Shown here in pieces: positions 49,924 to 61,390 of a DNA stretch of 64,000 nt. Where the stretch lies: assembly GCA_965215005.1 (NCBI GenBank), contig CBDCCZ010000054.1, positions 128,001 through 192,000 of the forward strand, in the 5' to 3' direction. This stretch comes from Kofleriaceae bacterium (GTDB taxonomy: Bacteria > Myxococcota_A > Polyangia > Haliangiales > Haliangiaceae). The translations under genes and the position numbers were made by a program. The notes below the pieces were generated by a model. That model was not told the origin of the DNA and did not search any database. It saw only the letters and a list, made by a program, of their open reading frames with translations. How positions within the stretch are numbered: the first letter of the stretch is position 1; each line of letters begins with the position of its first letter.

Positions 49924-52836
49924 GTGACCGCGCGAGACGAGCACGAGGGAACGTCGTCGACTGTTGCGGAGGCAGGGGGCGGCGTGCCGTGGCCGAGCTC
50001 GCAGATGGCGGCGGAGGCGGAGCGGCCGACGGAAACGGCGGTCGGTGGGACCGCGGCGACGTTGCGAACCAGTGACGTGACGGCGGGGGAGCGGCACGCA
50101 GGAGAGGCCGTGGGCAGGTACGTGGTGCTCGAGCGGGTCGGTGCGGGCGCGATGGGGGCGGTCTACGCAGCTTACGATCCGGCGCTGGATCGGCGGGTAG
50201 CACTGAAGCTGTTGCATTTCGAGCCGCGGGCACGGCGACGTGAGCGGCGCCGCGAGCGGCTGTTGCAGGAGGCCAAGGCGCTCGCGCGGCTGCGGCATCC
50301 GAACATCGTGACCGTATACGACGTGGGGGTGATGAACGAGGAAGTGTTCATCGCGATGGAGTACGTGCAGGGGCCCACGCTGCGCGATTGGCTGAAGTCA
50401 GCGCAGCGGTCGTGGCGGGCGGTGGTGGCCACGTTCGTCGCCGCAGGGCGGGGATTGGCGGCAGCGCACGCCGCCGGCGTCATCCATCGCGATTTCAAAC
50501 CAGACAATGTCTTGGTCGATGAGGACGGCCGCGCGCGCGTGGTGGACTTCTCGATATCGGAGTCGGTGGACCCGAGCGAACAGTCGCAAAACAGCGAGGA
50601 TGGGCCAAGCGGTGGCAGCATCGCGGGGACGCCGCGCTACATGGCGCCGGAGCAGCACCTAGGGCAGCTGGCGCACGCGCGAGCGGATCAATACTGCTTT
50701 TGCGTCGCGCTGTACGAAGCGCTGCATGAGGTGCGGCCGTTTGGCGACGTGGTGAGCGAGCTGCTCGAGCGCAAACAGGCGCGCCAGCTCGAGCCATCGC
50801 CGCGTGATCGGGAGCTTCCGCCGTGGCTGCGGGAGGTGCTGCTTCGGGGGCTGGAGCCGTCGCCGGCGCGGCGTTGGCCGAACATGGACGCGCTGCTGGC
50901 GATGTTATCCCGGGATCCGCAGGCACTGCGCCGCCGTCGCGCCTTGGGAGTTGGCGCGGCGGTGCTGCTCCTTGGCGCGGGATCGGCCGCGACGCTGGCG
51001 GTGGTGGAGGAGTCGGGGCCGAGCTGCCAAGCGCCGCGCGATGCGTTGCAAGCGCTGTGGAATACCGAGCGCAGCGCGGCGCTGGAGCAGGCGTTCCGCG
51101 CCACTGGCGCCGCGTTCGCCGATGCCGCGTGGCAACGCGTGGGTGAGCGGTTGGAGGCCTGGCAGGAGGCTTGGCGCAGCGAATACACGCAAGCATGTCG
51201 GGCGACGCACGTGCTGGGCGAGCAGTCGCCGCAGCTCTTGGATCTGCGCATGGCGTGCTTGCGGCAGCGCAAGGACGAGCTCGATGCGACGCTCAGCAGT
51301 GCGTTTGCCCCCGCGGCGATCGACGCCGAGCTGGTGAGCCACGCCGATGAAGTGCTCGACACGCTGGAGTCGCCGCAGAGTTGCGCGCGTACGGCGCTGC
51401 ACAAAGAGCTGCCGGTTGCGGCGGCCGAGGTGCTGGTTCCACTGGAGCGCGCCGATGCGCTGCGAGCGGCGGCCCGGCTTGAGCCAGCGCTCGAGGCGGC
51501 GCGGCAGGCGCAGCAGGCGGCTGATGAGATCGGCGATCCGCGGCTCGAGGCGCTTGCGCATTTCACCATCGGTCGCATCCTCGCGGATGGCAGTCATCGC
51601 GATGCGGCGCGCGGCGAGCTTCTCGAGGCCTTTTTCGTGGCTCGCGGCGCTGGTGTTGCGGGCACCGCTGCTCGGGCGGCGATCTCACTCATCAAGTTGG
51701 TGGCGGTGGATGAAGCAGCCTTTGACGACGCGGCGCTGTGGAGTCGCCACGCTGCTGTCGAGATAGCAGCCGCAGGCGAGCCAGTTCTGCAGGTGCGGCA
51801 TTTGCTCGGTCGCGCGTATCTCGCCGACCTCCGCAGTGAGTACACCGAGGCGTTGTCGCTTTATCAGCAGGCGCTCGAGGTGCTCGACCGGCAGCCGATT
51901 TGGGATGAGTCGCTGCGCATTGGTGCTTTGACCGGAATCGGCAATATGCATCAGGCGATGGGGCATGTCGAAGAGGCGCTGCACTATCAAGAGCAGGCGC
52001 GCCAACAGCTCGAGGATGAAGTAGGAGCCGACCATCCTCGCATGGGTGCTATCTACAACAACATTGGCAACGCGCAATCGTCTCTTGGCCGCTACCAAGC
52101 CGCTCTTGCCTCGTACGAACGTGCATTGCAGATCTGGCGGAATACCTACGGGGACGAGCATCCGCGGGTAAGCGCTGTTCTGCACAACTTGGGAAGTGTG
52201 CGCAAGGAGATGGGCGACTGGGAGGCGGCGCGCGACTACTACCGTCGCGAGGGAGAGATCGCGTTAGCGAGCTTTGGGCCCACCCATCCCGTCATGATCG
52301 ATTATCACTTGTCCATCGGGGAGACCTTTCTACAGCAAGGCCAGCTAAGCAAGGCTCGTGAGCATTACGAGCTTGCGCATAAGCTTGCACTGGAGACTCT
52401 CGGGACCGAGCATTTCACCACCGGTGTTACTTGGGACAATCTCGGCATCCTCGCGCGCCGCGAGGGCCGTTTGCGCGAGTCGCGCCAGGCGCATGAGAAA
52501 GCACTCGATATTCTGCGCAACGTGGTTGGCGCTGACAGTCCGATCTTGGCGCATCCCTACCTGGGACTGGCGCGCGTGGCGCTGGAGCAGAATTCGCCCG
52601 CTGCCGCGTTGACGCACACGCGGGCTACGCTGGCGTTGGATGAGCATGGCGGGCTCGAGCCGGCCATGCGCACCGAGGCGCTGATCCTCGCGGCGAGGGC
52701 GCTCCAGAGCAGCGGCGGCGACCGCGACGAAGCGCAGAGACTGGCTCACCGGGCAAATCAGGAGGCGTCGAAGTTGATCGGCTACGCCGAGCTGCGCCGC
52801 GAGGTCGCACGCTGGCTGGCTGCCCACCCGCGTTAG
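49924..52836 (+). CDS. Ser/Thr kinase with TM and C-terminal TPR array
   Basis: GAGAMG, HRDFKPDN, DFS, GTPRYMAPE; kinesin-light-chain-type TPRs (G.DHP.....NNxG). Confidence 0.93.
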   Translation: MTARDEHEGTSSTVAEAGGGVPWPSSQMAAEAERPTETAVGGTAATLRTSDVTAGERHAGEAVGRYVVLERVGAGAMGAVYAAYDPALDRRVALKLLHFEPRARRRERRRERLLQEAKALARLRHPNIVTVYDVGVMNEEVFIAMEYVQGPTLRDWLKSAQRSWRAVVATFVAAGRGLAAAHAAGVIHRDFKPDNVLVDEDGRARVVDFSISESVDPSEQSQNSEDGPSGGSIAGTPRYMAPEQHLGQLAHARADQYCFCVALYEALHEVRPFGDVVSELLERKQARQLEPSPRDRELPPWLREVLLRGLEPSPARRWPNMDALLAMLSRDPQALRRRRALGVGAAVLLLGAGSAATLAVVEESGPSCQAPRDALQALWNTERSAALEQAFRATGAAFADAAWQRVGERLEAWQEAWRSEYTQACRATHVLGEQSPQLLDLRMACLRQRKDELDATLSSAFAPAAIDAELVSHADEVLDTLESPQSCARTALHKELPVAAAEVLVPLERADALRAAARLEPALEAARQAQQAADEIGDPRLEALAHFTIGRILADGSHRDAARGELLEAFFVARGAGVAGTAARAAISLIKLVAVDEAAFDDAALWSRHAAVEIAAAGEPVLQVRHLLGRAYLADLRSEYTEALSLYQQALEVLDRQPIWDESLRIGALTGIGNMHQAMGHVEEALHYQEQARQQLEDEVGADHPRMGAIYNNIGNAQSSLGRYQAALASYERALQIWRNTYGDEHPRVSAVLHNLGSVRKEMGDWEAARDYYRREGEIALASFGPTHPVMIDYHLSIGETFLQQGQLSKAREHYELAHKLALETLGTEHFTTGVTWDNLGILARREGRLRESRQAHEKALDILRNVVGADSPILAHPYLGLARVALEQNSPAAALTHTRATLALDEHGGLEPAMRTEALILAARALQSSGGDRDEAQRLAHRANQEASKLIGYAELRREVARWLAAHPR

Positions 52837-52879
52837 GCCAGCGCTAGGCGCGAAGCGGCGAACGCTGTAGCATTGGCGA

Positions 52880-53410
52880 ATGTCCGACTCCGGCGCTTCC
52901 ACCCGGTCCCTCACGCCCGGTGAGGAAAGCATGGTGCGGGCGGCTCGAGACAAGGCGTTCGTTCTGTACGAGGGACGGCGGGTCAAGCATCGCAGCTGCG
53001 GAATTGCCCTTGCGGAGACCTTTGGGCTGCCGACGCGGCCGTATCAGGCGCTGCGTCGCGGAGGTATCACGGGGCAAGGGCAGTGCGGCGCGATCCGTGC
53101 CGGTGAGCAGGTGCTAGGCGAGCTGCTCGGTGATCCGAGCCCCACCGGCGCAGTCACCGAGGCCCTGCGAGATGCGATCGTCTGGTATCAGGACGAGCTG
53201 AGTCGGCGACTGGAGCTCGGTGGCGCGCCAGATCTGATCTGCAACACGCTCACGCGGCCGCTTGGCGAGTTCTCCGGTGAGCGCCGGATGAAGTTCTGCA
53301 CCAATCTAGCCGCCGATGTCGCAGCGCTGGTGTGTGAGGCTTGGGTGCGGTTCCACCCGAGCGACTCGGTCCTCACGGTTGAGCCGCTGAGCGAGGAGTA
53401 TGGCGGGTGA
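52880..53410 (+). CDS. C_GCAxxG_C_C family putative redox protein
   Basis: SC..GGI..QCGAIRAG..IC..FC. Confidence 0.8.
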   Translation: MSDSGASTRSLTPGEESMVRAARDKAFVLYEGRRVKHRSCGIALAETFGLPTRPYQALRRGGITGQGQCGAIRAGEQVLGELLGDPSPTGAVTEALRDAIVWYQDELSRRLELGGAPDLICNTLTRPLGEFSGERRMKFCTNLAADVAALVCEAWVRFHPSDSVLTVEPLSEEYGG

Positions 53411-53808
53411 GAGTGCACACCAAGACCGTCAAGGAGGTGGTGGAAGAAGCCTCCGTGAAGATGAAGGACCCCAACTACTCAGCCGTGATGGTGGGGGGAT
53501 TCGTCCAGCAGCAAACCGCTACGTCGCATTACATCGGCGCGCACGAGGAAGAGCTAGGCGGCACAGAGCATGTCGTCAACACCATCTTTCATGCCGCCCT
53601 GCTCGCGCTTTGTTATCAACGCGCAGGCAACCGAAGCTTGCCGGAGATGAGCTTCGAAGATCTCGATTACGTCGCTGGCGACGAAGTCTCGCAGCGGTTG
53701 CAAACCCTGCAGCCCGCAATTTCCGAGTACATCGCCGCCAACGTCGAGCATCCTTCCCAGCAGCGGGTGCTACAGCTGGTGGCGCTGGCGATGGATTGGG
53801 TGAGCTGA
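53407..53808 (+). CDS. Hypothetical protein
   Basis: GGAG SD, GTGA overlap with upstream gene, protein-like composition. Confidence 0.75.
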   Translation: MRVHTKTVKEVVEEASVKMKDPNYSAVMVGGFVQQQTATSHYIGAHEEELGGTEHVVNTIFHAALLALCYQRAGNRSLPEMSFEDLDYVAGDEVSQRLQTLQPAISEYIAANVEHPSQQRVLQLVALAMDWVS

Positions 53809-53832
53809 TGAAGAGTGCGCTATCGATGTTTG

Positions 53833-54099
53833 CTAGGCGCGGCGGGTGACGCCACGGCGGGCGATCAACCGGTAGCCGAGCAGCAGGAGCACGGCACCTA
53901 AGATGGAGGCCAGAAATCCGGCTCCGTCGCTTGGTGCGTACCAGCCGAGGGCGCGCCCTAAGAATCCAGCGACGAAGCTACCTGCAATACCGATGAGCGC
54001 GGTGACGATGATGCCGCCGGGATCTCGCCCGGGCATGAGCAGCTTGGCGATGACGCCGACGACCAAACCAATCAAAAACATCCAGAGGATTGAAAGCAT
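53833..54099 (-). CDS. GlsB/YeaQ/YmgE stress-response membrane protein
   Basis: IGLVVGVIAKLLMPGRDPGG..GIAGSFV..ASILGAVLLL. Confidence 0.92.
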   Translation of the reverse strand: MLSILWMFLIGLVVGVIAKLLMPGRDPGGIIVTALIGIAGSFVAGFLGRALGWYAPSDGAGFLASILGAVLLLLGYRLIARRGVTRRA

Positions 54100-54125
54100 G
54101 CGTGTCTCCTTGTGAGATGCTCCTC

Positions 54126-54142
54126 TGCATGGCGAGTGCCAG
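54126..54142 (-). promoter_or_regulatory. Sigma54 promoter for the GlsB/YeaQ gene
   Basis: CTGGCACTCGCCATGCA, spaced to give a start site just before the AAGGAG SD. Confidence 0.55.
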
Positions 54143-54278
54143 CGGCGCCTGAGTCGGCAAATCAGGAGGTTGCTGCAGTCATGCCCTGCTGCGCATCCCG
54201 GTGGCTGTTAGCAGAGTTGCCACATGAGCGTTTCCGTCGCGCGCCAGCGGGCTGACGGATTACGGCACTACCGCGGGC

Positions 54279-55265
54279 TCATGGACTAGCAGCGAGGGCT
54301 TCGGTGGCGCGCGCCAAGCGCTCGCGCATCGCCACCTTGGCTTCCTCGGGGCCGACGATCCAGGCGTGGCGGCCAAAGCCGAGGACCCAGCCGGTGACCC
54401 ACTCCAGGCCCTCGCAGTCGATGAGAATCTCGGCGCTGCCGTCCTCGTGCAGCGTGACCTCGCCGACCGGCCAGCCGGTGGCACCCACCCGGGTCGTTGC
54501 CAACGGATCGAGATGGACCTGCACCGAGGTGGCATCGGCCGACGGCACGTAGAGCTGCTCGCGGCGATAGGACTCGAGATCGAAGCCTGTAGGGGGTGTA
54601 AAGCGCTCGCTGGTGAGCTCGAGGTCGGCGATGCGATCGATGCGGAACGTGCGAGTGTCGCCGCGCTTGTGGCAATGGCCGATGACGTACCATTCGCCGG
54701 CGTGGTGCACGAGGCCGTACGGATCGAGACGGCGACGCTCGGCTTTGTGGCGCGAGGCGGCGACGTAATCGAGCTCGACGCGGCGATGCTCGCGCGCCGC
54801 GGTGACGAGTTGCCGTAAGAACCGCGCCACCACGCGATCGGGCTCGGCAACCACGGTGTCAGAAGCGAGGCTTTCGGCCGCATCGGCATCGCGTCCCATC
54901 GCGCGGAGGAGCTTGCGCTCGGCAGACTCGAGTGCCTCGTCATACGGCGCCACGCCGCTCTCGCGAAGCGCGCGAATGCCGAGCAGGAGCGAGCAACCTT
55001 CGGCCGGCGTGAGCCGAAGCGGGCGCGTAAGGCGCTGCGGCAGCTCGACGTAGACGCGCCCGTCTTCGACCGAAACCAGCAGATATTCGCCGGGATCGCC
55101 ATCGGGCGGGCCGACTTGAGAGAGAAGGTCTAGATCTTTGAGCAGCGCTTCGCGATCGACTCCGACGAGCTCGGCCAGATCCTCGACCGCGACGCCGTCG
55201 GGATGTTTGGCCACGTACGGCACGATGTACAGCAGACGGCGAAGCTTCTGCCCAACGTCCCTCAC
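54279..55265 (-). CDS. pafC: WYL-domain regulator, PafC-like
   Basis: RLLYIVPYVAKHPDG HTH; RPLRLTPAE; LDPYGL..WYVIG..RTFRIDRI; GTGA overlap with pafB-like gene. Confidence 0.85.
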   Translation of the reverse strand: MRDVGQKLRRLLYIVPYVAKHPDGVAVEDLAELVGVDREALLKDLDLLSQVGPPDGDPGEYLLVSVEDGRVYVELPQRLTRPLRLTPAEGCSLLLGIRALRESGVAPYDEALESAERKLLRAMGRDADAAESLASDTVVAEPDRVVARFLRQLVTAAREHRRVELDYVAASRHKAERRRLDPYGLVHHAGEWYVIGHCHKRGDTRTFRIDRIADLELTSERFTPPTGFDLESYRREQLYVPSADATSVQVHLDPLATTRVGATGWPVGEVTLHEDGSAEILIDCEGLEWVTGWVLGFGRHAWIVGPEEAKVAMRERLARATEALAASP

Positions 55266-56338
55266 CAAGCGTATCTCTCCTGAATCGCCGCGAGCTCCTC
55301 GCCGAGCCGTTGCCGCAGCCGCGGCCCTTCTAGCACCCGAATGGCACCTTTGGCCGCTAGCACTCGTGACACTGCAAAATCGGTGTTGGCGCACGAGAAC
55401 CGCACCACGGTCCGGTCGCCGTCGCGGGTGAGCTCGGCGTCGGCACCAAACTCTTCGTTGGCGACATCGGCGGCATCGGGCCCAATTTCGAGCGCCACGG
55501 TTTCCATGGGTTCGTTGTGGAAGGTCCACGGCGAGCGGTTGGCGTAGCTGCGGACGTCAAAGTCCCGAGGACGTTCGAAATCGGGCGACTTGGGCTTGGG
55601 CGCGCTCTCGAGCTCGAGGATTCGGTCGACTCGAAACGAGCGAACGTCGCGGCGCATGTGACAGTGGCCGACGAGTAGCCACGCACCTTGGCGATACACC
55701 AAGCCGTAGGGATCGAGCTCGCGCTGCGAGACCATGGCTGTCGAGGCGTTTTGATACTTAATGGTGAGGCGCTTGCGATTGCGGGTTGCCGCTTCGAGCT
55801 GGCTGAAGCGGTCGCTCAAGATGCGGGTGTCGGCGATGCGGACCTCGGGGAAATGCACCAGGACCGGCGCCAGCGAGGTCGGCGGCGGAAACTCGGTAGG
55901 CGTGTCGGGTGGCTCGGGAACATCGAAGGCGAGCTTGCGGAGCGCCAAGTCGACGATCTTTGGATAGCTGCCGCCCGGCGCCGCTCGCGCCACCGAAGCC
56001 GCGAGCACCAACGCCGAGACCTCATCGGCGTTGAGGTGGACCTCGGGCATGCGGAACCGACCCAAGTCGATGACGTAGCCGCCTTCTTCGACCGCGTCGT
56101 CTTCTTCCGGGGTGACGTACCGGATCGGAACCCCGAGCTCGAGGAGGTCGGACTTGTCGCGCTCGAACGCCCGCAGGCCGGCTTCGACGTTGGCGGTTTG
56201 GTAGGCGGTGAACTGGTCGCGAATGTCGCGGAAGGTGACCGGTGAGCGCGCTCGAAGGAGCAGCATCACGAGGTCGAGCAGGCGCTTGGACCTATCACCG
56301 CGTGCGGCGGACTTGGCTTTGCTAGTGGCTTTGGTCAA
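55262..56338 (-). CDS. pafB: WYL-domain regulator, PafB-like
   Basis: RLLDLVMLLL, RAFERDKSDLLELGVPI, DPYGL..WLLVG..RSFRVDRI; AGGAG before TTG 56338. Confidence 0.85.
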   Translation of the reverse strand: MTKATSKAKSAARGDRSKRLLDLVMLLLRARSPVTFRDIRDQFTAYQTANVEAGLRAFERDKSDLLELGVPIRYVTPEEDDAVEEGGYVIDLGRFRMPEVHLNADEVSALVLAASVARAAPGGSYPKIVDLALRKLAFDVPEPPDTPTEFPPPTSLAPVLVHFPEVRIADTRILSDRFSQLEAATRNRKRLTIKYQNASTAMVSQRELDPYGLVYRQGAWLLVGHCHMRRDVRSFRVDRILELESAPKPKSPDFERPRDFDVRSYANRSPWTFHNEPMETVALEIGPDAADVANEEFGADAELTRDGDRTVVRFSCANTDFAVSRVLAAKGAIRVLEGPRLRQRLGEELAAIQERYAW

Positions 56339-56535
56339 ACCCGAGCTCCTGGGGGCATCGTATCGCGATGGCCACGCCGGTGGCAGGCGGCGCGGGCGGC
56401 ATCGATAATCCGGAGCCGAGGCCGCCACCAATGCCGCCAGTGTAGCGGCCGATCGCCGGGTGAGCTAGGGCGCGAAGCCGCGGGACCGCGGTCCGAAAGA
56501 TGACCTCGCGCGGGGGCGCGTGTAGCGTTGCCGCC

Positions 56536-57066
56536 ATGTTGCAGTCGGTTGGTCCCTCGCTCGCGCGCTGGCTCCTAGTGGTGGCTAGCATCGGTTGGTT
56601 CGCTGCGCCACGCGCGGCTGCGGCGCAGGACGAAAAGGGCACCTTGGGTCTGGGAATCATTCTCGGCGAGCCCTCTGGCGTGAGCGCCAAGCTCTATCTT
56701 TCCGATGACCAGGCAATCGCCGGTGCCGCCGGTTCAGCACTGGTTGGCGGTGGGTTGCAGGTTCACGGCGACTATCTCTGGCACCCGGTCATTCTCGAGG
56801 ACCGCGACAAGTTCGTGCTGCCGCTGTACGTGGGTCCGGGGCTGCGGGTTTTCCAACACGACCGCGGCGAAGGCGGTGACGACGACGTGCATCTCGGCAT
56901 TCGCGGGGTCGGTGGCTTGGTCTTCGATTTCAAAGAGGGCATCCCGCTCGATGTCTTCGTCGAGGTCGCCGCGGTGCTCGATGTGGTGCTGGCGTCCGAC
57001 GATGACGACCACAGCGGCGTCGGCATCGCGCTCAACGCCGGTGCCGGCGCGCGCTATTACTTTTAG
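56536..57066 (+). CDS. Small outer-membrane beta-barrel (DUF3996-like)
   Basis: Signal peptide; GLGIILGEPSGVSAK; C-terminal GARYYF. Confidence 0.8.
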   Translation: MLQSVGPSLARWLLVVASIGWFAAPRAAAAQDEKGTLGLGIILGEPSGVSAKLYLSDDQAIAGAAGSALVGGGLQVHGDYLWHPVILEDRDKFVLPLYVGPGLRVFQHDRGEGGDDDVHLGIRGVGGLVFDFKEGIPLDVFVEVAAVLDVVLASDDDDHSGVGIALNAGAGARYYF

Positions 57067-57069
57067 CCG

Positions 57070-57942
57070 GTGATCACCCTCGAAGCTGACACCGATGATG
57101 GCGTGCGGCTGCGGCTGCGGCGGTTTGCAGCCGTGGGCACGCGCCGAGCGGTGCTGCTGTGTGGGCACGCGATGATGGCTCATGGCCGCTACTTTCACGG
57201 CGGCTCTGACCACGGCTTCGCGGGCCATTTAGCGCGCGCAGGTGTCGAGGTGTTCGTGCTCGACTGGCGCGGTCACGGCCTGAGCCGTCCGCCGCATCCG
57301 GGACGCTCCTGGTGGAGCTTCGACAGCTACGTCGAGCACGACTTGCCGGCGGCCGTGCGGGCCGTGTGCCGCTGTGCCGACATCGAGGCCAAGAATCTGG
57401 CTTATCTCGGTCACTCGCTGGGCGGGCTGGCGGTGGTTGCTGCGCTCGCGACGCAAGCCATCGCGCCTCTGGGGCGACTGGCGCTATGGGCGACGTCGGT
57501 GTGGCTACCCGGGCCGAGCGGCTCATGGCGACGACGCCTGCTGATGCGCGGATTTGAGCTAGCGGCGCGTCCTCTCGGATATGTGCCGATTCGAAGATTG
57601 CGGCTTGGCTCCGAAGACGAGGGCCGCGGCTATGTCGCGCAGCTGGCGCAGTGGGCGCGGACGGGACAGTGGTGTTCCGCCGCGGGAAACGATTATCTGG
57701 CCTCGTTAGCGGCAGTGCGCACCCCGACCTGGGCAGTCTGTGGCGCGGGCGATCGACTATGTACAGCGGTCGATGCGCAGGCGCTAGCGCAGCGGCTGCC
57801 GCTGGTCGCGCCACTGCGGGTGGTGGGGCGCGCCAGCGGTGACGCGCTGGATGCGGATCATTTTCAGCTGTTTACCCGGCGCGAGCTCGCGCCGCTCTGG
57901 GATCAGCTCATCGACTTCATCGCTCCTGCGTCATCGCGATGA
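57070..57942 (+). CDS. Alpha/beta hydrolase
   Basis: DWRGHG, GHSLGG nucleophile elbow, D and H candidates. Confidence 0.88.
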   Translation: MITLEADTDDGVRLRLRRFAAVGTRRAVLLCGHAMMAHGRYFHGGSDHGFAGHLARAGVEVFVLDWRGHGLSRPPHPGRSWWSFDSYVEHDLPAAVRAVCRCADIEAKNLAYLGHSLGGLAVVAALATQAIAPLGRLALWATSVWLPGPSGSWRRRLLMRGFELAARPLGYVPIRRLRLGSEDEGRGYVAQLAQWARTGQWCSAAGNDYLASLAAVRTPTWAVCGAGDRLCTAVDAQALAQRLPLVAPLRVVGRASGDALDADHFQLFTRRELAPLWDQLIDFIAPASSR

Positions 57943-59104
57943 TTTCGCGGGCGGTGGCGCGCCAGGCGTCGAGCTGGTCGCCAACACCGAGCGCTTCGAC
58001 ATAGGCATGATCGAGGGAGTCGTGCTCGCCCAAGGCTTCACCGACGAGAGCGTTGGCAAGGTGCACCATCGCGAGGGGACCGAGCATGGCGCGGCCAGCG
58101 CGGAGCGGGCGATGGTGAAACGCGACGGCTTCGACGAGGTCGGCCGGCATGCCCCAGATGCCGAGCAAGTAGGCGCCGATCTCGCCATGTGTGGCGCCAA
58201 TATGTGCGAGCTCGAGCGCCGTAGACACCGATTGTTCGTGAGCGGCGATGGTCGCCACGGTGACCCAGCGCTCGGGCATCTCCGCAGCGATGATGAGCTT
58301 GCCGAGGTCGTGCAAGAGTCCCGCGGTGAAGCAGGCCTCGCCGAGGCCGGGGGGCGCGATCGCCGAGGCGACGGCACCGATGAGCATGGCGTGATGCTGC
58401 TCCGCGGAAAGTGAGAAGCCGGCTGCGCAGCGTTTTTCTTCGAAGAGGCGAAATACTTCCGCGACCAACACCAGGTTCTTGATCATGTGACCGCCGAGCG
58501 CGTGCACGGCTTCGGAAACCCGCCGCACGCGCTGTGAGAGGCCAAAGAACGGCGAGTTGGCGCTCTGCAGCACTCGATTCTCGATGCCCTCGTCGTGCTC
58601 GATGAGCGCCGCGATGGTCGCTGGGTCGACGTGAGGGTCGTCGACGATGCGCGCTAGCTGATCGTAACAGGCCGGGATGCTCGGCATCGCCGACATCCGC
58701 CCCAGCACCACCCGCAGTGCTGGCGCCGCTAGCAGCTCACGAACCCGGAGCGCACGCTCGATAACTTCGACCAGGTGATCGCGTTGCCATGGCTTGGCGA
58801 CGAATTGATGGGCGACCGGCAGAGCGCCGGTGGCGATCTCGTGCTCGATGTTGCCCGACATGATGACGCGAACGGTATCGGGATAGGCTTGTCGCACGCG
58901 ATGCAAGAGCTCGATGCCGCTGGTGTGCGGCATCGAGATGTCGGTGACGATGACATCTGTCGGCGACTTGGCCATCTCTTCGAGAGCGTCATCGGCGCTG
59001 TCGGCAAATGCCAGCTGCCAGCGGCCGGCATGGCGGCGAAGACCGCGCTCTACGGCGCGGAGAACGAACGGCTCGTCGTCGACGAATAGAACGCGTTGGT
59101 GCAT
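57917..59104 (-). CDS. Response regulator with HDOD domain
   Basis: VLFVDDE, TDISMP; ANSPFFG, GLLHDLGK, HGEIGAYLL..W. Confidence 0.92.
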   Translation of the reverse strand: MHQRVLFVDDEPFVLRAVERGLRRHAGRWQLAFADSADDALEEMAKSPTDVIVTDISMPHTSGIELLHRVRQAYPDTVRVIMSGNIEHEIATGALPVAHQFVAKPWQRDHLVEVIERALRVRELLAAPALRVVLGRMSAMPSIPACYDQLARIVDDPHVDPATIAALIEHDEGIENRVLQSANSPFFGLSQRVRRVSEAVHALGGHMIKNLVLVAEVFRLFEEKRCAAGFSLSAEQHHAMLIGAVASAIAPPGLGEACFTAGLLHDLGKLIIAAEMPERWVTVATIAAHEQSVSTALELAHIGATHGEIGAYLLGIWGMPADLVEAVAFHHRPLRAGRAMLGPLAMVHLANALVGEALGEHDSLDHAYVEALGVGDQLDAWRATAREIIAMTQER

Positions 59105-59165
59105 GGACACGCGGTGGATCGCGCAAATGCGCCGGAGCTTGAGGAACAATCAACCGAAGCCATGC

Positions 59166-61367
<2,202 letters not shown>

Positions 61368-61390
61368 CGCAGCATTCTATAGTCACAGCC

